64,000 nucleotides of DNA from the NCBI GenBank assembly GCA_977017645.1, contig OZ360241.1, positions 61,318,001-61,382,000 of the forward strand, read 5' to 3'. The notes beneath the pieces were generated by a model. It was not told the origin of the DNA. It saw only the letters and a program-made list of their open reading frames with translations, and ran no database searches. Positions within the stretch are counted from its first letter, which is position 1, and each line of letters starts with the position of its first letter. The translations under genes were made by a program, and so were the position numbers. Below are positions 49,701-57,646 of the stretch, piece after piece. This DNA is from Torpedo marmorata. Taxonomy: Eukaryota.

Positions 49701-52700
49701 TAAACCAGGCTTGACCGAGAGATTAATCCCTACCTGCTTAAAGCTTAACATTGGAAGTAGCCCGTAGAGTATTAAATGGCACTGAATGATAGTTTATTAT
49801 TTGAGCAGTGACGTGTCAGCTCCATATTCTTATCCACTTTCAATGGAGCTGAATTTCAATAGCTTAGTGCAGTACACAGTGCTTGTTTACACAGCGCTGC
49901 AACTGGGGAAGGATATATCTGTGTGATTTTATCACTTTCTCTGAAGAGTATTAATTATTATTTCTAAAAACAAATCAGAGAGAACTGCAGAGGATTGTTT
50001 CATTGACCAAACGGAATCAATACTCTGAAGATGGATAAGCAGAAAAATTCAGATGCTGAAAGCCTAAAAATAACAACAGAAAATGTTGGAAATAATCAGC
50101 AGGTCAGGCAGCATCTGCAGCAAGAGTTCACACCTGCCATCAAAATTCAAAAAGTTAGAAATCAAATGTGTTTTCAGAGACAGAGGGGGTATGGTGGGCT
50201 GGGGAGAACATAGGGAATACCTGTTGTAGGAACAAGACCAAGGGAGTTTGAATGATTCAGATGGTAGTTATGATGGCAAAGAGATAATGGTGAAGGCTTC
50301 TTAGTTGGAGGAGGTATAAGGAGATGGTTGGATGAGGATAGAGGAGAGAGATATAGTGCTGGAACTGTGAGATACCAAATACTGCAGTTGCTTAAAATTC
50401 AAAATGGAAAAAAAAAATTGTTGGAAAAACTCAAGAAATCAGGCAGCATCTGTGGGGAAAGGGAAAGACTAAGTTAATGGTACAAGTTGATAGTCTTTCA
50501 ACAAAACTGGCCAATACAGGTGGAAAGGTTGGTTATCTGAGATTGTTGAATTTAAAATTCAGCCCTACATGCTATATTGTGCCCAATGGAAGATGAGGGG
50601 CTGTTTCTCAAGCTTACAGAATCAGAATTTATTGTCATGAACAAGTCATGAAATGCGGGCATAGAACACAGGGATTTGTTGCAATAGTACGAGGCCAAAG
50701 GAAGAGAGGATCAGGGTGGGATTGAGAAGTAAAGTGATAGGCAGCTGGAAGCTCAGTTATCCTTGCAAAGTGGTCACAACATCGCCATTCAGTTTTTGGT
50801 TTCTCCATTGTAGAGAACACTGCACGGTGAACACGACGTATGCATACACTGGAGTGGAAGAGACACTAGTCAATCTCAGCTTCACCTGGAGCGAGTGTTC
50901 GAGTCTCTGTGTGATGGGAAAAGAAGAGGTAAAAAGGCAGGTGTTGCCTCTCCTGTTGTTGAATGTGCTGTGAGGAGAAGTGGGTAGAGTTGGAAGGGTA
51001 AGCCAGGGAGATGCAGAGGGAATAGTGCTGGTGGAGGGCAAACCATGGAAAACATCTAGAAAGGAGGTGTCACAGATGTGAGTGGGAAAACAAAGGATAA
51101 GAAAGAATAGTCAAGGTAGGAACTAATAAGCTCTGTTGCATAGGAGTAGGCGGAAACAACAGGCCTGCCAGGAGAGTCCTGCGTGAACATCTTAGAGAGG
51201 AATTCGAAGTGGACAGTGTAGGCCTATGTGGGGTAGGGGCCGATGAGGTTGGCAGCTGTGGAGGGAAGGTCTCCTGAGAAAATGAGTCATTGTCTGGGAG
51301 ACTGTGGCATGATGTTGAGTGGCAGTGGTATGGTGCAGAAGGAGGAGGGTTTTTTTTGTGGGCACAGCATGCATACTCTATATTGAAAGAGGTATCAGTG
51401 AATCACCTGGAAAGGGTGTTTCGGTCCCTGACGGCGTGTTAGATAGCCAGTGTTCAGGTGTTTCTGTGATGTTGAAGTCAGTTTGCCATATGACAATACC
51501 CCACTTGTCAGCAGGTTTAATGACAGACAATATTGGGTTCTGGTGCTTAGTGAAGAGTGTTTATTTGCCACTAAGTTTTGGAAATGAGAAATACCACAGG
51601 GTGATAAAAATTGGGACAAGATTTATGCAAGCATTTTTCCCACTGGTTTTCAGTTCTGATCTTCCAATGACTCTAGGCTCTGGATCAGGTGCTTGTGGGT
51701 TCAAACCCAGTGGAGCACCGTCACTGCACAGACAGTTGAGGTTTGCAATAGTAAGCCCATTTTCACCCCATGACAAGAGGTACTGGGCAATAAACACTGT
51801 CACTTTAACCCTTCATCCTCAGCAGCCTATGTGACTGATTTTACCCTCACATGTTCATCCAGTGAGTCAGTAACCCCTTTCCACCAGGGCCTTGAATTAC
51901 AAGGTTTGCATACATCGTTGTTTCTTCAGCCCTTTCACACACCCACTCGGTAACCCCTCTCACCAAAGGTCCTGTGTTATGGTGCATCTACCAATAGTTG
52001 CTGTCAGGAGTGGAGGTGCTTACTTGACTTATACAATGTCGAAATCTATTTATAGCTCTTCAGCCAATGAAGCAGCCCGTATCTTTATGCAGCTCTGCTC
52101 TGTCTGACAATTGAATTCATCGGATTGTTTCTCTGGTCAGATCATGAACGTTCAGAACATAAACGGAAACTATTGAAGTAATCTGGTTGAAACGCAGGAC
52201 AATAACCACATGGACTCATTCTGCAGACCTGAGCTGCCCCCTGTTGGTCATTTCTCCACTAGTTGGCAGTGGATTCAATCACTTGGAGTTTAGATTTTCT
52301 TTACCTTCGGGATATATGTAGTGTTCACCCAGAATTAAAGATTAACTGTCTGGATGCCTGTCTGAGCAATACAAGTGGAGCAACATTTTAGAGGTTGAGA
52401 AGGTGGGGTGGAATTTAAAAGAATGATTCTGTTAAAGGACCATCCCTTCCTGGTGTTTTTCAGAAGTGTGATGTCCTTCAGGTGAGGCATTAATCTGAGA
52501 CCCCTCCTACCCTATCAAGCTGGACATGAAAGGTCCTATGGACACAATTCAGAGAAGAGTGGGGTGGGAGGAAGAGTTGTCGTTTGGCCAATATTTATCG
52601 CCAGGTATGATGGGAGCAAATGACCTATTGATGGTCATGTGGTAAAACGTGAAAGTCTGCAGACACCGTGGTTGAAGTAAAAACACAATGCTGAAGAAAC

Positions 52701-55700
52701 TCATCAGGCCAAACAGTGTACTTTATATAGCAAAGATAAAGATACATAACCAACGTTTCGGGCTTGAGCCCTTCATGGACAAAATGTGGGCAGGCGCCCG
52801 AACAAAATGGTGGGTGGGGGGGGCGGGGCAGGGGGAGGAGCACAGGCAGGAGATAATAGGTGGATAAGGGAGGGAGGGCACACCAGCAAACAAGAGGATG
52901 GGAGATAGCTCTGTGAATTGAGAGAAGGGGGTGGAGAGTTGGAGAAAAGAAGATAGAGGGATGGAGAAGCAGCTGCGAATGGAGAGGGAAGGGGGTGGAG
53001 AGTTCTCCCTCTGTATCCCTCTGTCTTCTTTCCTCCAGCTCTCCAACCCCTTCCCTCTCCATTCACAGAGCCATCCCTCCTCCCCCCGTTTGCTGGTGTG
53101 CCCTCCCTCTCTTAACCACCTATTACCTCCTGCCCGTGGGACTGTGCTCCTCCCCCTGCCCTTTGCCCCCCCCCCCATTTTTATCGTGTGCCTGCCTACA
53201 TTTTGCTCATACCTTGGTGAAGGGCTCAAGCCCAAAACGTTGGTTATGTATCTTTATCTTTGCTATATAAAGTACACTGTTTGACCTGCTGAGTTTCTCC
53301 AGCGTTGTGTTGATGGTCACGTCGCAGTTTGTGGGATTGTGCTGTCCTTGCCTTTCCTGCGTTATAAACTGTGCACTTCAGAAGCACGTCACTGGAGGTA
53401 TAACATTTTGACACATTTCCCCACTGTGAAAGGAGATATAGAAACACAAGCCTGAGATTTTGTGCAGGTTTTGCCGAGTATGGTATTGGGTGATGTAAAT
53501 GCCGTCATTCACAATCCAGAGGCCTGGGCTTCAGATCAAGGTACATGAGTTCAAATCCAAATGTGGCAACTGAGGAATTTAAATTCAGCTAAGTAAATAA
53601 TTCTGGAGTTTTTAAAAAAAAACATAAAGCAAATTCCAGTTGTTGCCAAAAAAAACCCAAAGCCATCACAGAAGTCATCCTTACCTGGTCTGGTCTAAAT
53701 GTGACTGGACCCTACGATGTGGTTGATTTTTATTGCAAAGCAAACCAACTCGAAAATAATTAGGAAAGTGGTGAAATGTTGGGCCAGCGAGCTAAGTCTA
53801 CGTTTGGCAAATAAAAAAGGTACAAAAATATTGACCATACAACATAGAAGTGTGGGTGTTATAAGACTGAGCCCAAAGGGATGAGGTGTGTAAATCTCCA
53901 GCTGTTGTAGACCTGCTGATTATCATGTCAAGAGAAACTATTCTCTCTGGTCAGATGAAAGTGGATGTAACTTCAACCATGAAGCCAGAAAATCTCCTTA
54001 ATAGCTCATCGGGTAATGCTTCATTACCTGATGAGCTGAACACCTTCTATGCCCGTTTTGAGAAGAAGAACCAAACAGTGCCTACTAGAATCCCTGCAAA
54101 GGCTGAGGAGCCTGTGATAGCTGTCTCTGAGGACGATGTTAGAACATCATTTCAAGAGGGTGAACCCTCGCAAGGTGTCAAGCCCTGACGGCGTACCTGG
54201 CAGGGTACTGAAAATCTGCGCCAACCAACTAGCCGGAGTGTTCACGGACATTTTCAACCTCTCATTGCAGCAGTCAGAGGTTCCCACCTGCTTCAAAAGG
54301 GCATCAATCATTCCGGTGCCCAAGAAGAGTAGTGTGGGCTGCCTCAACGACTACCGCCCAGTCGCACTAACTTCTACTGTGATGAAATGCTTTGAGAGGC
54401 TGGTCATGGCCAGAATTAACACGTACCTAAGCAAAGATCTGGACCCACTGCAATTCGCCTATCGTCATAATCGCTCCACAGCAGATGCAATATCGCTGGC
54501 TCTCCACTCGAAAATAGCAACTCATACATATGGCTGCTCTTCATCGACTACAGCTCAGCCTTCAATACCATTATTCCCTCAGTGCTGGTCAAGAAGCTAC
54601 AAACTCTAGGCCTCTGTACCCCCCTCTGCAACTGGATCCTTGACATTCTCATCGGAAGACCACAGTCAGTACGAATTGGAAACAACGTCTCTTCCCCACT
54701 GATTATCAACACAGGCACACCACAAGGATGAGTGCTTAGCCCACTGCTCTACTCGTTATACACCCACGACTGTGTGGCCAGGCACAATTCCAATGCTATC
54801 TAAAAGTTTGCCGATGACACCACAGTTGTCGGCAGAATCACAAACGGCAATGAGGAAGCGTACAGGAGGGAAATAGATCAGCTCTTTAAGGGGTGTCACA
54901 TCAACAACCTTGTGCTCAGCGTTAGCAAAACCAAGGAGGTGATTGTGGACTTCAGGAGGACGTCAGGGGAACACGACCCAGTCCTCATCGAGGGCTCAGT
55001 CGTGGAGAGGGTTAAGGACTTCAAATTCCTGGGTGTCAACATCTCCGAGGATCTGTCCTGGAGCCTCCATGTTGATGCAATCACGAAGAAGGCTCGCCAG
55101 CGGCTATACTTTGTGAGGTGCTTGCGGAGACTCGGTATGTCACCAAAGACTCTCATAAACTTCTACAGGTATACTGTGGAGAGCATTCTGGCTGGTTGTA
55201 TCACTGTCTGGTATGGAGGTGCCAACGCTCAGGACATGAATAAACTCCAGAGGGTTGTTAACTCGGCCTGTGACATCACAGGCACCAGACTTCACTCCAT
55301 CGAGGACATCTACACGAGGCAGTGTGTTAAAAAATCAGCCTCTATCCTCAAAGACCCCCACCACCCAGGCTATGCCCTCTTCACTCTGCTACCATCGGGA
55401 AAAAGGTACAGGAGCCTAAAGACGAGCACTCAACGGCACAGGGACAGCTTCTTCCCCTCTGCCATCGTGCACTATTATTATTTTTATATATATATATATA
55501 TATATTATTGTTGTAAGATGGTTCATAATATGAATGTTTGCACTATGATGCTGCCGCAAAACACCGAATTTCGTGATTTGTTCATGACAATAAATTCTGA
55601 TTCTGAGACACCTGAACAAACTTCATTGTGTTTCCTTTGCTCTATTCTAATTGTTCTCTCTCTATAACTCTACACTTTGTGCTGTGTTTTTATTGCTCTA

Positions 55701-57646
55701 CTGTGTATGGCTTGATTAGCTGGATTGCTCGCTTTCTTACTGCACTTCGGTACACGTGACAATAAACTCAAACTTGGAACCCCTCCTCCAAATGGCCGGA
55801 GGTTCATTGCAGTTGAACATGAAAGTCTGCAGGCGCGTGATTGTGAGACAGATGCTGGAGGAACTCAGCCAGTCTTTCAGCGTCCATAGGAGGTAAAGAT
55901 ATATTACCGACATTTTGAGCCTGAGCCCTTCCTCAAGGTATGAGCAAATTGGAGGAACAGCACCTCATATTCCATCTGGGCACCCTTCAAACAGATGGCA
56001 TTAACATCGACTTATTTGGTTTCCGTTAGAACCCCCCATCCTCCATCTTTCCCCATGTCTCCTTTCCTCTAGCTCTGTCTCTGTCTCTGTCTCTCTCTTC
56101 CTTTTTCTCCCTGTCTCCTTTCACAGAGCCAAAATCAATTCTCACCTTTCCTCTCCTCTGTCGTCTTATCACATCCAATTAACACCATTTGTCTGTTGGT
56201 CTGCACTCCTCCCCTTCCCATTCTTCCCCCTTTTTCCCCAACCTTTAACACAGGTGTCTGTCTCTTTTTTCACTCAGATCTTGAGGAAGGACTTAAGCCC
56301 AATACATCAGTAATACACCTTTACCTCCTACGGACGCTGCGAGACTGGCTGAGTTCCTCCAATATCTCTGTGTTTTGGTCCATTGCAGGTTTAGGACGGT
56401 GGCTTTTGATATCTACTTAGAAGAATCTGGGCTAAGTGGTTCTCAACCTTTTTCGATCTAAAGCCCTCATGGCTTCCGGCCTAACATGCCATGGCCCACT
56501 CCTGGCAGTGACTGAGCAATACTTTCAAGTCAAAGGCAGCTCTGTAAGAAACACATCTTTATCTAATTTAAAGTATTTTATTTAACATTTTTAAAGAACA
56601 TAAAACACCTCAAGCATACACTGAACATAAAAACTCCCAATCAAAATCAAGCCACTTTAATGAGACGCTTGTTTCTGGAGTTTCTTCACCAGTTTCCACA
56701 TCCTTGGTCTAATAGGAACTGTGACTGAGTGCTCAGCGCCAAGCCGCTTATATTGAGAGACAGCCAGATGACCTAGAAAGAATATTACACCACAGAAACA
56801 GGCCCCTTTGGCTCTTCTAGTCCCACTGACCTGCTCACTGACCTCAGAGGCAGATTGCTCGCCACCCCACCCAAGGTCACCTGGGAGGACCAAGACATGA
56901 CCTCAGACCCACCCTGACCTCAGTGGGTTGGGAAGTCTCCGTGGTCTGCAAGGAAACAACCTATGGCCCACTGTTTGGGAACCACTGCATGTATCATCAT
57001 CAGGTTTCTGCTTAGTCATTCAAGGGATGTGTACTTCGCAGGCTGAGCCAGCATCTTGAGAAGGTGGTGGAGTGTTGGTGGGTCTGTTGCTGACTTCCAA
57101 CACAGTGGTTGTGATACCGTGAAAGGGAACACTTTTCTAACTGGATTCTTGCTCCTCCCATAGGTTGGATTCATTGATTTCATCGTGCATCCGCTCTGGG
57201 AGACCTGGGCTGATTTGGTTTACCCTGACGCCAAGGAGATATTGGACATCCTGGAGGACAATCGCGACTGGTTCCACAGTATGATCCCCCGCAGCCCGCC
57301 CTCGCCGTCCACTGAACTTTACAAGGACACCGATGAGATCGTACTCCTGGAGACGGCCAGCAGATCCAACTCCCAGAGCCTGGAACACAGCTCTTTAGAG
57401 GACATGTACTGCTGCAGCCCGCCGCAAACACCGGCCACCGACCTCTCCGAGATGGGCCAGTCCGTGGTCAACGTTCTCTCCGAAGCTGCCGTGGCCAGCA
57501 AGGGTCTGGAAGGCGAGCCGGGGATCGAGGAGAACTCCTCAACGCTCCACGCAGAGGAGAGGCCGACAGGGGGGGGCCAGAGCAAAACGACGTCGAGCAC
57601 TGGAGCCGAACAAGAGGACAGTGCGAGTATGCCAGTGGCCACATAA
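1605..57646 (+). CDS. PDE4C: cAMP-specific 3',5'-cyclic phosphodiesterase 4C-like, multi-exon gene, long form (14 exons in window, first exon absent)
   Basis: Exons of 192/37/74/50/113/94/155/99/165/100/155/123/183/483 nt, all AG..GT flanked, join in one open frame: UCR1, UCR2, catalytic domain (YHN.YH, HDVDH, ENHH, TDM, DLSNP, Q-VGF). PDE4C-type residues: [35 protein letters not shown]. Confidence 0.9.
2822..2932 (+). mobile_element. 5'-truncated non-autonomous retroposon tail (two-hairpin module plus Rex-like end)
   Basis: gtctgcc-ttac-ggcagac hairpin and aatttcatg...tgacaataaa end shared with the 13.9, 18.8 and 37.0 kb elements; flanking aagaaagg duplication. Confidence 0.65.
4003..4213. 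mobile_element. Penelope-derived fold-back element with central minimal hammerhead motif
   Basis: About 50-bp inverted arms; gaaccatca duplication (3994-4002, 4217-4225). Confidence 0.75.
4103..4143 (+). ncRNA. Minimal type I hammerhead ribozyme motif (Penelope type)
   Basis: catact-TTGATGA-a-gggc(tcaa)gccc-GAAA-cg-TC-agttatg: stem I, core (C3U variant), stem II, palindromic ACGT stem III. Confidence 0.6.
5780..5816 (+). CDS. PDE4C: PDE4C exon, UCR1 ([12 protein letters not shown])
   Basis: tactcag|...|gtgagt, 37 nt, phase 2 to 0. Confidence 0.95.
6262..7018 (+). mobile_element. L1-clade LINE 3' fragment
   Basis: ORF2 C-terminus (...LEKIRY...FEDTWRPF), AATAAA and (gaaa)n/A tail, 16-bp TSD aaaggaattgaagggc. 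Confidence 0.88.
7311..7770 (-). mobile_element. CR1 LINE 3' fragment
   Basis: (cacaagat)n tail on + strand followed by typical CR1 3' end in reverse. Confidence 0.75.
7795..8520 (+). mobile_element. CR1 LINE 3' fragment, decayed
   Basis: LEYCVQFW and LRGDL..VYK.M.G motifs, ttctatga end. Confidence 0.75.
8550..8920. mobile_element. Composite hAT (Charlie-like) MITE: two inverted units plus 112-bp spacer
   Basis: CAGTGGTT ends; perfect 8-bp TSD ctctacac; units 8550-8675 and 8788-8920. Confidence 0.9.
8921..9165 (+). repeat. Degenerate ~65-bp tandem repeat (ctctacactgt.ccatcaaaca.tcccagggca...gggttaga.acagagtaaa)
   Basis: About 4 diverged units; same unit at 34070-34205 and reversed near 26930. 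Confidence 0.6.
10221..10433 (+). CDS. Candidate alternative PDE4C exon (cassette from 10221, or first exon from ATG 10260; MLRNYCCCC...)
   Basis: tttgtag| acceptor, AAG|gtaact donor, 213 nt stop-free, phase 0-0 matching both neighbouring exons; no homology recognised. Confidence 0.4.
11366..11439 (+). CDS. PDE4C: PDE4C exon, UCR1 C-part ([24 protein letters not shown])
   Basis: ttttccccag|...|gtaagt, 74 nt, phase 0 to 2. Confidence 0.95.
11594..13465 (+). mobile_element. Rex1/Babar LINE, 5'-truncated, RT ORF open (570 aa)
   Basis: RT motifs ([31 protein letters not shown]), (attctg)n tail. Confidence 0.93.
13590..13785 (-). mobile_element. Rex-like LINE 3' UTR fragment
   Basis: Reverse of tgacaataaatctgaaatc tail. 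Confidence 0.55.
13912..14770 (-). mobile_element. Non-autonomous GC-rich retroposon with YY1-motif head and Rex-like tail
   Basis: Minus strand starts GAAAATGGCGG and ends gtctgccttacggcagac...gtgacaataaattgaatcttgatcttg; no recognisable protein. Confidence 0.65.
15128..15295. mobile_element. Penelope pLTR-like fragment with back-to-back hammerhead-like motifs
   Basis: tgtttcg...cttcatcaag directly followed by gtc-ttgatga-agggctccagcct-gaaa-tgtc-gac. Confidence 0.6.
15300..15700 (-). mobile_element. Tx1-clade LINE ORF2 C-terminal fragment
   Basis: [19 protein letters not shown]...FRGY.RVSLEK translation. Confidence 0.6.
15855..16127 (+). mobile_element. CR1 3' end (same subfamily as the 20.0 kb copy)
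   Basis: RVVG.WNALP motif, gggcctgtactgtgctgtaatgttctatg end. Confidence 0.8.
16220..16269 (+). CDS. PDE4C: PDE4C exon, LR1 linker ([17 protein letters not shown])
   Basis: Strong pyrimidine tract ttcctgcttcctcccttag|, |gtgagt donor, exactly 50 nt, phase 2 to 1 as required between the flanking exons; peptide is divergent. Confidence 0.85.
17928..19118 (+). mobile_element. L1-clade LINE 3' fragment with a nested 5S-SINE
   Basis: ORF2 C-terminus 17924-18517, (gaaa) tail, 15-bp TSD aagactgtaagatgg. Confidence 0.88.
18816..19055 (+). mobile_element. 5S rRNA-derived SINE (SINE3 type), copy 1
   Basis: Head resembles 5S rRNA (gtctgatctc..aagctaagcagg..ctggtcagtacttgga.gggagaccgcc..ggaa.acc.ggtgctgtagg), unique body, (ccttta)n tail. 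Confidence 0.88.
19517..19524. promoter_or_regulatory. Full palindromic CRE (TGACGTCA) in intron DNA not recognised as repeat
   Basis: Exact motif; function not shown. Confidence 0.3.
20009..20555 (-). mobile_element. CR1 3' fragment
   Basis: (catagaa)n tail; near-identical reverse complement of 15855-16127. Confidence 0.82.
21075..21260 (-). mobile_element. Penelope pLTR-like element with tandemly duplicated hammerhead region
   Basis: aaatacataac.ga.gttt.gggcttgagc repeated at a 60-bp interval. Confidence 0.7.
21411..21615. mobile_element. Penelope-derived fold-back element
   Basis: ctggagg.actcagcag.tcgagcagcatca arms inverted around ttgatgaaggg. Confidence 0.65.
21893..22147 (-). mobile_element. 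tRNA-derived V-SINE (HE1-like)
   Basis: tRNA-like head with B box GGTTCGAATCC, V-domain gtgggtttt.cccgggggctccggtttcc, CR1-like tail. Confidence 0.85.
22160..23262. mobile_element. Two adjacent decayed CR1 fragments (minus 22160-22545, plus 22550-23262)
   Basis: CR1 ORF2 C-terminal motifs in both orientations. Confidence 0.65.
23279..25086 (-). mobile_element. Rex1/Babar LINE, 5'-truncated, one frameshifting deletion
   Basis: ORFs 23984-24946 and 23439-23987 nearly identical to the 11.6 kb copy; (cagaat)n tail. Confidence 0.93.
25880..27050 (-). mobile_element. Decayed Tx1-like LINE fragment interrupted by a SINE
   Basis: T-rich/ctttatt end, QNASFP.ISN-type motif. Confidence 0.45.
26104..26349 (-). 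mobile_element. V-SINE (HE1-like), CpG-rich young copy
   Basis: Full head GGCGGCACGG..., V-domain, tail. Confidence 0.88.
27555..27590 (+). promoter_or_regulatory. Candidate intronic short-form promoter elements
   Basis: Reverse CCAAT (gATTGGct, 27558), CAAGGTCA nuclear-receptor half site (27568), half-CRE TGACG (27580), about 80-100 bp upstream of ATG 27661. Confidence 0.35.
27705..27780 (+). CDS. Candidate short-isoform leader contiguous with the UCR2 exon ([25 protein letters not shown])
   Basis: In-frame ATG in atcATGG context; [13 protein letters not shown] resembles PDE4B2 PNYMPVCLFA-EES. Confidence 0.55.
27781..27893 (+). CDS. PDE4C: PDE4C exon, UCR2 N-part ([38 protein letters not shown])
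   Basis: ctccag|...|gtgagc, 113 nt. Confidence 0.96.
30006..30099 (+). CDS. PDE4C: PDE4C exon, UCR2 C-part ([31 protein letters not shown])
   Basis: ctcaacag|...|gtgagt, 94 nt. Confidence 0.96.
30980..31290 (+). mobile_element. RTE LINE fragment, decayed
   Basis: [11 protein letters not shown] and FHL motifs. Confidence 0.5.
31851..32096 (-). mobile_element. V-SINE (HE1-like)
   Basis: Same family as the 26104 copy. Confidence 0.88.
32210..32615 (+). mobile_element. Old DeuSINE (SacSINE1-like) remnant
   Basis: tRNA-like head, gaagagcag.ggagtt.tcc...tgtcc core; similar remnants near 25.5, 28.3 and 52.5-53.4 kb. Confidence 0.5.
32632..32736 (-). mobile_element. Truncated V-SINE 3' part just upstream of an exon acceptor
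   Basis: agcatggtaacaggccctt..cccac.agcccg...aacctactaacc.gtacgt. Confidence 0.7.
32767..32921 (+). CDS. PDE4C: PDE4C exon, LR2 ([52 protein letters not shown])
   Basis: ttcaaag|...|gtacac (weak sites), 155 nt, phase 1 to 0; QISG and PRFGV motifs. Confidence 0.88.
33006..34052. mobile_element. Non-autonomous Tc1/mariner (Tc2/pogo-like) element
   Basis: 25-bp TIR ccgtatttgacggcatata(g/a)gaccc, TA duplication on both sides. Confidence 0.9.
33480..33856 (+). repeat. Purine/G-rich minisatellite (gagagcgggcggga(a/g)g)n
   Basis: Visible tandem degenerate units. Confidence 0.9.
35833..35931 (+). CDS. PDE4C: PDE4C catalytic exon ([33 protein letters not shown])
   Basis: tttcag|...|gtaaaa, 99 nt. 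Confidence 0.94.
36364..38560 (-). mobile_element. CR1 LINE, truncated and frameshifted, with a nested 5S-SINE
   Basis: [43 protein letters not shown] motifs. Confidence 0.92.
36958..37203 (+). mobile_element. 5S rRNA-derived SINE, copy 2
   Basis: Near-identical to 18816-19055; interrupts the CR1. Confidence 0.88.
38930..39161 (-). mobile_element. V-SINE (HE1-like), older copy
   Basis: V-domain and tail. Confidence 0.8.
39658..39898. mobile_element. hAT (Charlie-like) MITE
   Basis: TIR cag(c/t)cattctcaac, imperfect 8-bp TSD ..ctagaa. Confidence 0.75.
40157..40321 (+). CDS. PDE4C: PDE4C catalytic exon ([11 protein letters not shown]...[24 protein letters not shown])
   Basis: ttgaag|...|gtagat, 165 nt, YHN..HAADV metal motif. 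Confidence 0.94.
41557..41656 (+). CDS. PDE4C: PDE4C catalytic exon ([33 protein letters not shown])
   Basis: ttccag|...|gtaagt, 100 nt, HD motif. Confidence 0.97.
42300..42780 (+). repeat. Long pyrimidine-rich low-complexity tract before an exon acceptor
   Basis: About 480 bp dominated by C/T. Confidence 0.7.
42784..42938 (+). CDS. PDE4C: PDE4C catalytic exon ([26 protein letters not shown]...SLRKMAIDM)
   Basis: ctgcag|...|gtttgt, 155 nt. Confidence 0.96.
43244..43619. mobile_element. Composite hAT MITE, copy 2
   Basis: Perfect TSD gtctaatg; same 112-bp spacer (43375-43486). Confidence 0.9.
44458..44494 (+). repeat. (CCT)n microsatellite, probably the tail of a minus-strand RTE remnant
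   Basis: About 12 perfect units. Confidence 0.85.
45782..45904 (+). CDS. PDE4C: PDE4C catalytic exon ([41 protein letters not shown])
   Basis: atccag|...|gtacag, 123 nt; VTSLGV is PDE4C-type. Confidence 0.96.
46030..46360 (+). repeat. Degenerate ~43-bp tandem repeat (ccagtactgtaccccagtgtta.acagtgacagacctg)
   Basis: Several diverged units; again at about 48170-48270 and 48650-48935. Confidence 0.55.
46500..48130 (-). mobile_element. RTE (BovB-like) LINE remnants, fragmented
   Basis: KYADD near 47660; VY.AVVIP..LYASE.W near 46670. Confidence 0.55.
48936..49290 (-). mobile_element. Rex/Babar 3' fragment (older subfamily)
   Basis: [14 protein letters not shown]...[11 protein letters not shown]; a + strand relative lies at about 48275-48660. 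Confidence 0.7.
49460..49642 (+). CDS. PDE4C: PDE4C catalytic exon ([17 protein letters not shown]...[19 protein letters not shown])
   Basis: ccacag|...|gttaga, 183 nt. Confidence 0.96.
50030..51060 (-). mobile_element. Decayed Penelope-like element (GIY-YIG region plus pLTR pieces)
   Basis: NRRGNTC.FTSS...LQVK.R.TS.SS..VY then LY.GETK after a frameshift. Confidence 0.6.
52641..53309. mobile_element. Penelope-derived ~670-bp fold-back (inverted pLTR pair)
   Basis: Halves are reverse complements over most of their length; 13-bp TSD ttgatggtca(t/c)gt; hammerhead-like motifs on both arms. Confidence 0.82.
54003..55605 (+). mobile_element. Rex1/Babar LINE, truncated, with stops and frameshifts
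   Basis: ORF pieces 54136-54609 and 54912 onward match the 11.6 kb copy; attctgattctg tail. Confidence 0.92.
55815..56376 (+). mobile_element. Penelope-like 3' end with an inverted pLTR piece at its 5' side
   Basis: [23 protein letters not shown] at about 55950-56030, then pyrimidine tract and pLTR; inverted arm 55817-55940. Confidence 0.75.
56434..56987. mobile_element. Old hAT-like MITE
   Basis: agtggttctcaacc ... tttgggaaccactg ends. Confidence 0.5.
57164..57646 (+). CDS. PDE4C: PDE4C last coding exon ([19 protein letters not shown]...MPVAT*)
   Basis: cccatag| acceptor, open frame to TAA at 57644-57646. Confidence 0.94.
   Translation, partial: VGFIDFIVHPLWETWADLVYPDAKEILDILEDNRDWFHSMIPRSPPSPSTELYKDTDEIVLLETASRSNSQSLEHSSLEDMYCCSPPQTPATDLSEMGQSVVNVLSEAAVASKGLEGEPGIEENSSTLHAEERPTGGGQSKTTSSTGAEQEDSASMPVAT

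Noticed and set aside
1605-57646. Assignment as PDE4D or as a pseudogene
   Set aside because: Diagnostic residues favour PDE4C (phylogeny not run); all exons are open with intact splice sites.
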